Assembly (NCBI GenBank): GCA_964016885.1
Contig: OZ024741.1
Location: forward strand, 386,198,001-386,262,000
Direction of reading: 5' to 3'
Source of the DNA: Eledone cirrhosa
Lineage: Eukaryota
Length of the DNA: 64,000 nucleotides
In this document: piece after piece, positions 13,001 to 25,600 of the stretch
Layout of the letters: each line of letters starts with the position of its first letter
Position numbering within the stretch: the first letter of the stretch is position 1
The notes under the pieces: generated by a model
Told to the model about the DNA's origin: nothing
Databases searched by the model: none
The model's input: the letters and a program-made list of their open reading frames with translations, nothing else
Translations under genes and position numbers: made by a program

Positions 13001-13124
13001 ATAATAATAATAATAATAATTGTTTCTACTTTTGGCACAAGGCCAGCAATTATCCCAGTGTATTACTTGTACTTTATTTTATCAACCCCTTAAGGGGTTG
13101 ATAAAATAATAATAATAATAATAA

Positions 13125-16100
13125 ATCCTGTGTCAAATGATAAAAACTCATACTGGATCGGCCATCACCCAGGTCAGCTGATTTTTCGACCCCAGTCTGG
13201 TTCCTCTCTGAGGAACCAGACTGGGGTCGAAAAATCAGCTAATGGTTCAAACCTTCCCATCAATGCGGAGCTGGAGATCTCCCATAACCAGAATACTCCT
13301 ACTGATGGCCCTCCATGCTCACCACCAAGAAATCCAAAGAAAAAGAGAGAAAAATGGTCAAGGGAAGACAATAAAGAAGTCCTTGAGGCTTTCTACACTG
13401 CCATGTACTACCCATCAAATACATCGAATACAGAACAGACATATATCAACTTGAAAAAGAAACATCCTGAAAACAGAGGCTATATTGACAGTAACAAACT
13501 AGCTAATATATTGTTAAGAAGAATACATTGTTAAGAAGAATACATTGTTAAGAAGAAGTTACTAGCTGATATAGAAATTGATCAGATCAAACAATTAGCG
13601 CAAAGTCAGCAAAGGGAAAATGAAACATGTGTCAGTGAAAACGAGGTAAATTGTAACACCGGGGCGGAATCACTGACAACAGAACAAATTAAAAAAAGGA
13701 TCGAAAAAGTGGAGGGAGTGCATGCTCAAGATGAAACTCAAAATGAAAATAATTGTTTCTACGTTTGGCACAAGGCCAACAATTACCCAGAGCATTACTG
13801 GTACTTCCTTTTATCGACCCCGTAAGGATGAAAAGCAAAGTTAACCTCTGCGAGATTTAAACTCAGAATGGCAAGGGCCATAACTCTATACGTCAAAGCA
13901 TAGCGTCCGACCCTCTACCGATACTGCCAATCCACCAATCAAAATGAAAATAATGAGATCGTCAATGATAAAGAAATGAATGTGAATGAACTCACCAACT
14001 TGAAGAATGAAATTATGATCGAATGGATGAAAATAAAAGAATCTGACATGGGGGAACGAGACACCCTCCCTAAGATCCAGAATTCCAAACAAAACCAAAA
14101 GATAATACGCAAGACTAACATAGCTCTCAAAGACATTATCATCACAAATAAACTAAGCATTAGTGATCTAAATCATCTCTATTATGCATCGGCTAAAGTC
14201 ACCACTCACTTATGTGGAGTGAAGATGAAAAGAACAAAGGAATTCCCACAAAAAACCTACTTGGTAAGAGAACATCAATTGCTAAATAAACCTTCTCTGA
14301 TCCGACATAGAAATTTTAGCAAACACAAAGTAGGTGAACATGTTAAACAAACTAAACTCAGATAATTGAAAAGAAAATACAATATAAAATCAAGAAGTGA
14401 CATAGACATGATGATAGAAATAATCAAGCAAAAAGTGTCGGCCAAAGCTGCTCGTATGAGGCGCTTTGAAAAACGCTCTAGATTCTATAAGGACAATAAT
14501 ATGTTCAAAAACAACCAAAAAACATTCTACAGAAAAATTGGCAAGTCAACAATAACTGCTAAATCAATACCACCCAAGGAGGAAATGCAAGAATTCTAGG
14601 AAAAGATCTGGGCCAAAAGAAAAAGTTCATAATATACATGCCCCATGGATAGACAGACAAATGAATGATACAGCTCACCTTGAGTAACAAACATGGGAAA
14701 ATATAACAGTTGAATTTAGCTCTTAGAAAATCTAGTAAGTGGAAATTCCCAGGGAAAGACAAAATATCAAATTTTTGGATAAATGCCTTCACAGAGTCTC
14801 ATGAGCTGTTAGCCCAACTTTACAATGAAATGGTTAAGGAGCCAGAAAAGATACCATCATGGCGAGTTAACGGCATTACATTCCTACTTCCAAAGAATGA
14901 TGAGACAAATAATCCAAAAAGTTACAGACCGATGACTTGCTTGACCACAATGTATAAAATCTTAACATCAGTTCTAACTGAATATACATATGATCACCTG
15001 ATAACAAATGATCTATTTCCCAATGAGCAGAAAGGGTGTAAACGAGGCTCATATGGCTGTAAAGATCAGCTTTTGATTAACAAAATAATACTGGAAGATT
15101 GTCATAATAGACACAAAACTCTATCAATTGCTTGGATAGATTACAAAAAAGCATTCGATAGTTTGCCACACAGTTGGATTGAAAAGTGTTTAGAGATTTT
15201 CAGGAGGTTCCTGTCATTCAGTATGAAAACATGGAAAACAACACTCCTTTTGTATAGTGAAGCTGGAGAAGTTAATATTAATTGTAGAAATTTTCAGGGT
15301 GACTCTTTATCACGGATTTTATTCTGCATCGCACTTATACCATTAAATAAAATGCTCAATGAAACAAAACATGGATATAAAGTCTATGACAAAACCATTA
15401 ATCACTTGTTCTACTTGGATGACCTGAAACTATTTGCAAAAAATGATGAGCAATTGCAAGGGCTATTATCCACTGTGAAGCAGTTCAGTGATGATATTAA
15501 AATGAAGTTTGGACTAGATAAATGCGCTAAAGCCACGTTCACCAGAGGAAAGCTGCTGAGAAGTTCAGACATTAATCTTGATTGGGGGAATGTGATAAGA
15601 GAACTTGATCAAGAGGAAACTTACAAATATCTAGGTATTTGTGAAGGAGACGGAATCAAGCACTCGGCAATGAGGGAAAGGATAAGGAAGGAATGTTACC
15701 GTAGAGTAAGAGCAATCTTAAGAATGGAGTTGAATGCAAGGAATAGGATTAATGCCATAAACACGTTTGCCATACCAGTAGTAACCTACAGTTACAATGT
15801 CAACTGGTCAATCACAGAGAACCATAGGCTCGATACAAAAATTAGAAAATTCTTAACCATGCACAGAATGCATCACCCTAAGGCAGATATAGATAGAATA
15901 TATCTCCTTAGGAAAGAAGGAGGATGTGGATTAATCCAGTTAGATATTGTTTTGAAAACTGTGACAATTGGATTATCTACATATCTAAGGGATATCTAAG
16001 ATGCACAAAGATACAGTAATGAACTCCACATTTCAGAAGTTCCATTTATTGCTGAAATGAAAAACACAGAAAAAGCAAAGCAGGTAAAAGTAACTGCAAA

Positions 16101-16752
16101 GAAAGAACTGCTACAGAAACTGGCTAAGAAATGACAAGAAAAGCCTCTGAATGGAAAATATCCAGAAACAGCTAACAATCCTGATGTTGACAAACCTTTA
16201 ATCTATCAGTGGTTGGCATCTGCTAGACTGAAATTGGAGACTGAAGGACTGATTATATCAGCACAAGATCAGAGTCTCCAAAAATTATCCAGCCAACATA
16301 ATAAAAAATGGATACAACCCATTATGCCGTGTATGTAAAAAACAACCAGAGACCATTGATCATATAATTTCAATGTGCAGTCCTATAGCTCCAACCGAAT
16401 ACCTAAACAGGCATGACAGAGCTGCACAATACATATATTGGGTAATGTGTAAGCATTTTGACCTGCCCCATCAAAAGAATTGGTGGGAGCATCAACCACC
16501 TCCCGTACTTGAAAAAGATCACATCTCAATCTTGTGGAACTTTAGCATCCAAACAGACCGAAAAATAGATGCAAATAGACCTGATATAATACTGAAGGAC
16601 TTTAAAAAGAGGGTATGCCTGCTAATTGATATGTCCATTCCAATAGACAAGAATGTATCTATAAAAACATTTGAAACATTGAACAAGTATAAGGACCTGG
16701 AGATAGAGATTGGAAAAATGTGGAAGTTGAGAACTAAAACAATACCAGTGGT
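13125..16752 (+). mobile_element. Near full-length, inactivated R4/Dong non-LTR retrotransposon (RT, CCHC, PD-(D/E)xK endonuclease), 3' end cut off
   Basis: Starts after (AAT)n. RT motifs YRPMTCL, EQKGC, WIDYKKAFDSLPHSW, FQGDSLS, HLFYLDDLKLF, YKYLG; CRVC...DHIISMC; NRPDI...IDMSIP...KYKDL. Several stops and frameshifts, a 17-bp triplication at ~13510-13555 and a SINE insertion. Confidence 0.92.
13754..13938 (-). mobile_element. Short SINE with (ATT)n tail inserted in the R4 element, 16-bp TSD
   Basis: TCAAAATGAAAATAAT at 13738-13753 and 13939-13954. Body homologous to 26975-27162 and 27425-27612. Confidence 0.85.
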
Positions 16753-17187
16753 CTGCTCTCACCACCTCCGCCCATGTTTTACGTGGTCTTCCTCTACTAC
16801 GTCTTCCTTCAACTGGCATTTTCTGGTACGCTTCACCCATCGGTCATCCTCCATGTGCATCACATGTCCATACCATCGCAGTCTCCTCTCTCGCACACTA
16901 AATTCTATCCCTCCCAGACACAGTTTCTCTCTCAACACATCCATGCTCGGTCATTCATGCACATTGACACTGCACATCCAACGGAGCATGTTTGCCTCAT
17001 TTCTCTCCAGCCGTCGCATATCCTCTGCAGTTGCTGCCCATGTCTCACTACCATGCAGCATCACACTCCTCACACAGGCATCATATAACCGGCCTTTCAT
17101 ACGCAGGGAGAAACCCTTCTTCATCAGGAGAGGAAGCAGCTCCCTAAACTTCTTCCAACCCATCCTTATTCTACATACTATGGCCTC
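16753..17187 (-). mobile_element. RTE LINE C-terminal fragment, inverted (divergent subfamily)
   Basis: RIRMGWKKFRELLPLL...KGRLYDACVRSVMLHGSETW...RRLRWYGHVMHM...GRPRKTW on the minus strand. Confidence 0.88.
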
Positions 17188-17200
17188 ATATATATATATA

Positions 17201-20030
17201 GGATTCAGACTTCTAGAATTCTGCGACGCCAATGACATGTCGATATGTAACACAAACTTTAAAAAACCCGACAACCACCTGATCACCTATAGATCAGGGG
17301 AGCACTCTAGTCAGTTAGATTTTATCCTCATCAGAGGACGTGACAGATGGACGGTCGTAAACACAAAAGCCTTCCCTAGTGAGGAATGTACATCCCAACA
17401 TAGCTTAGTTGTCAGCGACCTCACGGTTAGAACTAGACGAACCCGGAAACAGAGGCCAACCTGGAGAAGAAAGATCTGGAAGCTGAAAGTCCCCTCAACC
17501 AGTAACAGATTTAAAGATATTTTACTCAACGCCTACGACAGTAAAGAAGAACAGATAGAGACATTTAACGTAGAAGAGAACTGGGAGTTCCTAAAAAATA
17601 ACTTACTAGAGGCGACGGATGAGGTTTGTGGCTGGAGTAAGACCTCAAGCAGGAGGAGAGTGACTTGGTGGTGGAACAATAAGGTAGATGAAGCAGTCAA
17701 GGCCAAGAGACAGGCATGGAAAGAATGAAAGAACGGGGGGAGCAGGGTACATTACATAGAGACCAAGAGGGAAGCTAGGCGACAAGTATACTTAGCTAGG
17801 AGGGAAGCAGAGGATAGAAAATTCAAGCATGTTTTACAACGTGAGGACCAGAAACAGGAGGTATTCAAAATTGCGAGGCAGTGTGTCAGAGATAGTTGTG
17901 ATGTCATTGGAGAGAAGTGTATCCAGAATGATAAAGGTGAGCTTGCCCTCACAAGTGCTGAGAAGAAAGATGCATGGAAGAGTCATTATGATAGATTACT
18001 AAATGAGGAGAATGCATGGGAAGAAGAGACCCTACCCCACGTAGACCCTATAGAGGGACCAGCAGTACAAGTCAGCGGCAGCGTAGTAAGTAAGGCAATC
18101 AGAGATATGAAGATAGGGAAGGCAACCAGTCCATCGGGTATAGCTGCCGAGATGCTGAAGGCATCTGGGTCTGTAGGTCACACTATAACCACACGTATCG
18201 TTAACCAGGTAATACTAGAAGGGGCCATACCAAAAGATTGGTGCAGTAACATCATTGTCAACTGCTACAAAGGTAAAGGCGATGCACTAGATAGAGGAAA
18301 CTATAGAGGTATAAAGTTGATGGACCAAGTCATGAAAGTAACAGAAAGAGTTATAGCACAGCTGATTAGGGACCGGGTGAAACTATATGAGATGCAATTT
18401 GGGTTTGTACCAGGGAGAGACACCACTGATGCCCTCTTCCCTGTGAGGCAATTACAGGAAAAGTACCTAGCTAAAAGTAAGCCACTCTACTTGGCAGTTG
18501 TCGACCTTGAGAAAGCCTTTGACAGAGTTCCACGTGCAGTAATCTGGTGGGCTCTTAGAAAACTAGGAGTAGATGAATGGCTTGTGAAAGCGGTACAAGC
18601 CATGTATAGGGGAGCAGTCAGCAAAGTTAGGATTAGCAATGAGTATAGCGAGGAATTTAGCGTACAGGTTGGGGTCCACCAGGGCTCTGTTCTTAGTCCT
18701 CTCCTGTTCATCATAGTCCTGCAGGCAATAACGGAGGAGTTTAAGACCGGATGCCCATGGGAACTCCTGTATGCTGATGACCTCGCACTCATAGCTGAAT
18801 CTATGGTAGAACTAGAGAATAAATTCCAAACCTGGAAGCAGGGACTAGAGAGAAAGGGCCTCAAAGTCAACATGACAAAGACTAAGGTCTTTGTAAGTAG
18901 ACGAGAAAACAGAACCCAGATCCCCTCAGGGAAATGGCCTTGCTCAGTATGTAGGAAAGGTGTAGGTAGGAACTCCATTCTCTGCCCCAAATGCAAACAA
19001 TGGGTACACAAGAGATGTAGCGGGATCTCAGGAAGCTTAATTAAGAATGTAGGATTCACATGCAGCAGCTGTGCTGAAACAGCAAGCAAACAGCCACAGG
19101 AAACAAGTACCACCAATCTCTGGGAGGGCCCTGTAGAAACAGTAGACAGCTTCTGCTACCTAGGTGACCGAATTAGCAACGGAGGTGGGTGCTCAGAAAG
19201 TACAATAACTAGGGTAAGAACGGGATGGAAGAAGTTTAGGGAACTACTACCACTGCTAGCTGCAAAAGGCTTCTCCCTCAGAATGAAAGGCAGACTGTAT
19301 GATGCGTGTATCCGAACAACCATGTTGCATGGTAGTGAGACCTGGGCGCTGAAGGTGGAAGACTTACGTAGATTAGAGAGAAACGAGGCCTGCATGCTCC
19401 GATGGATGTGTAACAGTAATATACATGAACGACAAAGCATAAAGGAATTGAGAGAGAGACTGAGCATAAGAGGAATCAAATACTGCGTGCAGGAGAGGCG
19501 GTTACGCTGGTATGGACATGTGATGCGTATGAAGGATTACAGCTGCATAAAAAGGTGCAGAGCACTAGAAGTTGATGGAAACCGCGGAGTGGGCAGACCC
19601 AAGATGACTTGGGATGAGGTGATAAAAGCCGACCTTACCCAACTACACCTCTCAAAGTCAATGACACACGACCGTGACTTCTGGCGTCACGCAGTAATAC
19701 AGGGTACCCGACCTCCCATGGGTACAAGCTGAAGCATATAGACAATATGCCCCCACTCCCCCCACCGCAAAGTGGTCGTGGAGGTGCCACGGCAAAAAAG
19801 CACCCAGCCCACACTGTAAAGTGGACATGTAGGCGCCACGAAAAAGCACCCAGCACTCACTGTAAATGAGGTTGGTGTTAGGAAGGGCATCCAGCTGTAG
19901 AAATCAAGCCAGATCAGTTCCTGTATGAGCAAGGCATGGTCAGCCGACCAGACACTGCACACAACAGGACAACCCGTCTAGCCCATGCTAGCGTGGAAGA
20001 ACGGACGTAAAACGGTGATGATGATGATGA

Positions 20031-20033
<3 letters not shown>
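17201..20033 (+). mobile_element. RTE-clade LINE, 5'-truncated within APE; APE remnant, RT and PHD-like finger with a single in-frame stop; full 3'UTR and (ATG)n tail
   Basis: APE: GFRLLEFC...NTNFKK...ITYRSG...QLDFIL...QHSLVVSD. TGA at 17726-17728 probably replaces TGG, then the frame stays open to 19732 with all RT motifs. TA repeats on both sides. Confidence 0.95.
18107..19732 (+). CDS. RTE ORF2 reverse transcriptase portion (541 aa) with embedded C4HC3 finger
   Basis: VDLEKAFD, GVHQGSVLSP, YADD, then CSVC-x11-CPKC-x4-H-x2-C-x14-CSSC, then FCYLG. Confidence 0.85.
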   Translation: MKIGKATSPSGIAAEMLKASGSVGHTITTRIVNQVILEGAIPKDWCSNIIVNCYKGKGDALDRGNYRGIKLMDQVMKVTERVIAQLIRDRVKLYEMQFGFVPGRDTTDALFPVRQLQEKYLAKSKPLYLAVVDLEKAFDRVPRAVIWWALRKLGVDEWLVKAVQAMYRGAVSKVRISNEYSEEFSVQVGVHQGSVLSPLLFIIVLQAITEEFKTGCPWELLYADDLALIAESMVELENKFQTWKQGLERKGLKVNMTKTKVFVSRRENRTQIPSGKWPCSVCRKGVGRNSILCPKCKQWVHKRCSGISGSLIKNVGFTCSSCAETASKQPQETSTTNLWEGPVETVDSFCYLGDRISNGGGCSESTITRVRTGWKKFRELLPLLAAKGFSLRMKGRLYDACIRTTMLHGSETWALKVEDLRRLERNEACMLRWMCNSNIHERQSIKELRERLSIRGIKYCVQERRLRWYGHVMRMKDYSCIKRCRALEVDGNRGVGRPKMTWDEVIKADLTQLHLSKSMTHDRDFWRHAVIQGTRPPMGTS

Positions 20034-20093
<60 letters not shown>

Positions 20094-20770
20094 CACATAC
20101 ATACATAATCCTGTTGGCCTGGGCTGGATGAATTTATTTAAAGCAGAATTCTACAGCAGGATGCCCTTCCTAATGCCAACCCTCTTTATTTTATGTAGTA
20201 TAGATTTTTGCACAACTAACCACTGAGCCGTGAGACCTCTTTTTATGGTGAACGTGAACAAATATCACTTCCTGCATTCTCAAATGGAAGCAAGTAAAAA
20301 TTATGTATGTATGTATGCATGTATATGCATGTATGTATATGTATATTATGGCCATACTCGATAACGAGGGGGCAGCCATCATGTATGTATATAAGACTGT
20401 ATGTTGAAGAATCATGTGTATGTATGTATGATCATGTGTATGTATGTATGTATGATCATGTGTATGTGTCTGGTATCTATGGGTTCTAAAGTGCCAAGGA
20501 AAAAATAAAACAAACAAAAACAACCAAAAAGAACAGAAAGTAAAAACAATAAACAATAAATCCCCCCCCCCCTCCCTAAAAAACACCACAAAATATACTA
20601 AAATGCTTTTCCTTTTACCCTATAAAGACAGATATTGACATGACTAATGGAGTCATGTGACTGCCATGTCATGTGACCAAATAGCCATGTGACAGTTAAA
20701 ATAAAAACAATGAAAATAGTGCACATATGTCTAATGGAAGCAAGCAATCTTTGGCCTTCTTTGGTACTAG

Positions 20771-22650
20771 TGATGGTGTTGTTGTTGTGGTGGTGGTGGT
20801 GGTGGTGGTGGTGGTGGTGGTGGTGGTGGTGTTGGTGGTGGTGGTGTTGGTGGTGGTGGTGGTGGCAGTTGTTGTTGTGGTGGTGGTGGCTGTTGTTGTT
20901 GTTGTGGTGGTGGTGGTGGCTGTTGTTGTTGTTGTGGGGGTGGTGGTGGGGGGCAGTTGTTGTTGTTGTGGTGGTGGTGGTGGCTGTTGTTGTTGTTGTG
21001 GGGGTGGTGTTGGTGGTGGTGGTGTTGGTGGTGGTGGTGGTGGCAGTTGTTGTTGTTGTGGTGGTGGTGGTGGCTGTTGTTGTTGTGGGGGTGGTGGTGG
21101 TGTTGGTGGTGGTGGCTGTTGTTGTTGTTGTGGGGGTGGTGGTGGTGTTGGTGGTGGTGGTGTTGGTGGTGGTGGTGGTGGCAGTTGTTGTTGTGGTGGT
21201 GGTGGTAGTGGTGGTGGCAGTTGTTGTGATGGTGGTGGAAGTTGTTGTTGTGGAGGTGGTAGTGGGGGGCAGTTGTTGTGATGGTGGTGGTGTTGGTGGT
21301 AGTGGTGTTGGTGGTAGTGGTGATGGTGGAGCAGTTGCTGTGATGGTGGTGGTGGTGTTGGTGGTAGTGGTGGTGGTGGGGCAGTTGTTGTGATGGTGGT
21401 GGTGGTGGTGGGGCAGTTGTTGTGATGGTGGTGGTGGTGACAGTTGTTGTGATGGTGGTAGTGGTGCTGGTGGTAGTGGTGGTGGTGGTGGCAGTTGTTG
21501 TTGTTGTGGGGGTGGTAGTGGGGCAGTTGTTGTGATGGTGGTGGTGGTGTTGGTGGTAGTGGTGGTAGTGGGGCAGTTGTTGTGATGGTGGTGGTAGTGT
21601 TGGTGGTAGTGGTGGTGGTGGGGCAGTTGTTGTGATGGTGGTGTTGGTGTTGGTGGTAGTGGTGGTGGTGGTAGTGGTGGTGACAGTTGTTGTTGTGGTG
21701 GTGGTGGTGTTGGTGGTAGTGGTGGTGGTGGTAGTGGTGGTGGCAGTTGTTGTTGTGGTGGTGTTGGTGTTGGTGGTAGTAGTGGTGGTGGTAGTGGTGG
21801 TGACAGTTGTTGTTGTGGTGGTGGTGGTGTTGGTGGTAGTGGTGGTGGTGGTGGTGGCAGTTGTTGTTGTTGTGATGGTGGTAGTTGTTGTTATGGTGGT
21901 TGTAGTGGTGATGGTAGTGGTGGTGGCAGTTGTTGTTGTTGTTGTTGTGGTGGTGGTGGTGGTAGTGTGTTGGTGTTTGTGTTGTTGTTGGTGATGGTGT
22001 TGTTGTTGGTGATGGTGTTGTTGTTGTGGTGGTGGTGGTGGAGAAGGTGTTGGTGTTTGTGTTGTTGTTGGTGGTGGTGGTGGAGATGGTAGTGGTGTTG
22101 GTGGTAATGGTAGTGGTGGTGGTGCTGGTTTTGATGTTTTGTATTGCTGTTGGTGATGGTGTTGATGTATTTGTTGTTGTTGTTGGTGTTGGTAGTGATG
22201 GTGTTGTTAGTGTTGTTGTTGGTGTTGGTAGTGGTGATGGTTGTGGTGGTTGTGGTAGGGGTGATGGTTGTGGTAGGGTTGATGGTTGTGGTAGGGTTGA
22301 TGTTGATCTTGATGGTATTAGGAGTGATTTTGTTGTTGTTGGAGGTGGTGTTAGTGCTGGTATTGGTGTTGTTGGTGGGAGTAATGGTGCTGGTGTTCTA
22401 GATGGTGTTATGGTGGTAATGGTGGTGGTGGTGTTAGTGGTGATGATGGTGGTGGCGGTGGTGGTGCTGGTGGTGCTGGTGGTGATGGTGGTGGTGATGT
22501 TTGTGGTGATGGTGGCGGTGGTGGTGATGTTTATGGTGATGTTGGTGGTGGTGGTGTTGGTGGTGGTGTTAGTGGTGCTGGTGCTGGTGGTGGTGCTGGT
22601 GGTGGTGTTAGTGGTGGTGGTGTTGGTGGTAGTGTTAGTGGTGATGGTAA
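20771..22650. repeat. Degenerate (GGT/GTT)n trinucleotide array with recurring GGCAGTTGTTGT units
   Basis: Directly visible. The overlapping ORFs are poly-V/G/T/P/H artefacts. Confidence 0.95.
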
Positions 22651-23461
22651 GAGATTGGTTGATGGTCAATTAATAAACACAGTTGGTGACAGAAGTAAAA
22701 CATTTAATATGTTGGACAGTAAATGAATTAATGGTTAGTTGTTGTTGTTGATGATGCTGATGTTGTTGTTGTTCTTGTAAATATTGTTGATGTTGACATT
22801 AATGTTGTTGTAGTTGATGTTGATGTTGATGTTGTTGTAGTTGTTGTTGTGGTTTAGGCTCATGTGGTCAACTGACAGGGTCATTAGAGTGACAGATTGA
22901 AATACTTTGTGGTATTTATTCCAACTCTCTGTAATCTGAATTCAAATCATACCATAGTCAACTTTGCCTGCCATCTTTTGGGGGTTTTGATAGATAAAAT
23001 ATCAGTCTAAGGTGGTGGATTTGTGGAATTGTAAGAGCATCAGGCATGAAGCCTTATGGTGTTTCTTTTGACTCTTTGGGTTCTGTATTCAATGACACTA
23101 TGTCAGCTTTTTCTATGTTTTGGGGATAACATTAGTGGCATGGAGAGGAGGAAACTTGCATGCATAAATGACTGTTGGTCTTCCACAAAAATACCCTACC
23201 CAGATATGTGTGTAGGAGAGGAACTTTACAGATACAAATATATAGCCAGCCAGACCGAATGAGACCATTGTTTGGGCCCACATCAGCTTCGATTGAGCAA
23301 ACCTTTAATCAAATGTATTGCAGTTATAACCATCTCATATTTTCCTATGTGCAGGAAACAGGAATAAATTATTCAATGTTACTTTTTTTTGTTAAATCAA
23401 TAAAATAGGATTTGAGAGAAATATGACTGCTATTTTTTGCAGGTTTAGCAAGAATGTAGAG

Positions 23462-23561
<100 letters not shown>

Positions 23562-24009
23562 ACTTGTTGATTATCAACAAGTGGTGGTGTTAGGCCTCCA
23601 AGCTAGCCATCATTGAAGAAATCTAGGATCAAAATCATTCCAACTAAGATCATACCATCTTTCTAGAGGTGTGTGTGACTGCATTGTCTAATGCAACTCT
23701 TCCATATCTAAAATAGTAGTAGATTTGGCTGCTATTAATAACAGTTAAAGTGTCCACCTAGAAGCTGTCTTGTTGGTCAGTGAATAAATGAAGATGTAGG
23801 TTTGGTCTTTCGTCTTTGTGATTCAGTATAGGATAACATTTTGAATGAAAACGCTAAAAACCAGGACATAGACATGGTGCTTATTTCTTTTGTTAAATTC
23901 AAAATTGTAAAAATGCTGACTAAAAATTGTAAAAGGTTCTTATCTAAAATTATAATAGAAAGTGTTTAGATGAATATAATCACTTTAAAATAAACCATAT
24001 TGTACTATA

Positions 24010-24972
24010 GGCAGCTTCTGCTACCTAGGTGACAAAATTAGCAGCAGAGGTGAGTGTTCTGAATGTATAGTAGCCAGAGTAAGAATGGGGTGGAAAAAGT
24101 TCAAGGAGCTACTACCACTGCTACCTACAAAAGGCTTTTCCCTCAAAATGAAAGGTAGACTGTATGATGCGTGCATACGAACAGCAATGTTGCATGGTAG
24201 TTAGACCTTGCATAGATAGGGAAGGAATGAAGCTTGCATGCTCTGATGGATGTATAAGAGTAATATACATGAACATAATCATGCTGAGAGAGAAACTAGG
24301 CATAAGAGGAATCAGATGTAGTGTGCAGGAGAGGAGATTGCACTGGTATGGACATGTGATGCACATGAAGGATAGCAGCTGTATAAAAATGTGCAGAGTA
24401 CTCAAAGTCGATAGAAACTGTAGAGTGGGGAGACCCAGGAAGAGTTGGGACAAGGTGATAAAAACTAACCTTGCCCAATTGCACCCCTCAAAGGTGATGA
24501 CACAAGACCGAGACCTCTGGCATTATGCAGTAATACAGAAGACCCAACTTCCCATGGGTACAGGCCAAAGACAAAACATGTGTATAATATGCACCACACC
24601 ACCCCACCCACTCCCATACATCTCCTGTGAGGACAAGCTGAAATATACATCCCGTGGAGCCTCCAGCCCACACTGTAAAGTGGTCGTGATGGCAACACGC
24701 CAATAAGCACCTAGCGCACACTGTAAAGTGGTTGTCTAGGTGTCACAACAAAAAGCACCCAGTCCACACTGTAAAGTGGTCGTGTATGGCAAAAAGTGCC
24801 CAGCCCACACAGTAAATAAGGTTGCCACTAGGAAGGGCATCTAACAGTAGAAACCAAGTCAAAATCAGTTCTTTATGAGCATGACATAATCACCTTACTT
24901 AGCATTGCTCACAACAGGATAACTCATCTAACCCATGCCAGCATGGAAAAATGGACATTAAACGGTGATGAT
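24010..24972 (+). mobile_element. Older RTE LINE 3' fragment with repeat-containing 3'UTR
   Basis: SFCYLGD...GWKKFKELLPL...RRLHWYGHVMHM...GRPRKSW, with four CAC(A)CTGTAAA-type UTR units. Confidence 0.88.
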
Positions 24973-25119
24973 AACCAGGGGTAGTTTCAGGGGGTTTAGT
25001 ATAAAAAGTGTTGAATGGTGTATTTATCATAAAGTCTGTTTACATTATAACAAGGTCTTAAGACTGATATCATTATAACAAATCATCTTCATGATGATAA
25101 TGATCATGATGATCATGAT

Positions 25120-25600
25120 GATTATCATCATCATCATTTTACATTTGTTGTTCCACACTAGCATGGGTTGGATGAGACTTTCTCTGTACAGCATCTCTCT
25201 ACTTGTTGGATTCCTTTGTCATCTCACACATGAGCTCTAGCAATCTGAGATCAGCTCTCATCACATCCATCCAGGTCTTTCTTAGTCTACCTCTACTGCA
25301 GCTTCCTTCCACTAGGATTACTTGGACTTCTTCACCCAACAATCATCATCCATGTACATCACATGTTCACACCAACGCAGTCTTCTTTCCTGCACACTAC
25401 TTCTGATTCCTCTTATACCCAGTTTCTCCCTCAGTTCATACATGCTCTGCTACTCTCCCACATTAATATTGCACATTCATCGATGCATGCTTGCCTCATT
25501 TCTCTCCAGCCTCTGCATGTCCTCAGCATTCAATGCCCATGTTTCATTGCTATGCAACATGGCACTTTGCACACTGGCATCATACAGATGACCTTTAGTT
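25120..25600 (-). mobile_element. Old RTE LINE 3' remnant
   Basis: Antisense match to the RTE C-terminus (LERNEASM...LGIRGIRSSVQERRLRW) with an ATG-repeat tail. Confidence 0.75.

Noticed and set aside
16373-17728. Dualen/RandI-type element with two endonucleases
   Set aside because: The domain order is wrong and the middle is an antisense RTE fragment plus a TA linker. It is a nested chimera.
20689-22673. 657-aa Thr/Pro/His/Gln-rich ORF resembling a mucin or extensin
   Set aside because: It is a GGT/GTT trinucleotide array open on both strands and in several frames, with no signal peptide or splice evidence.
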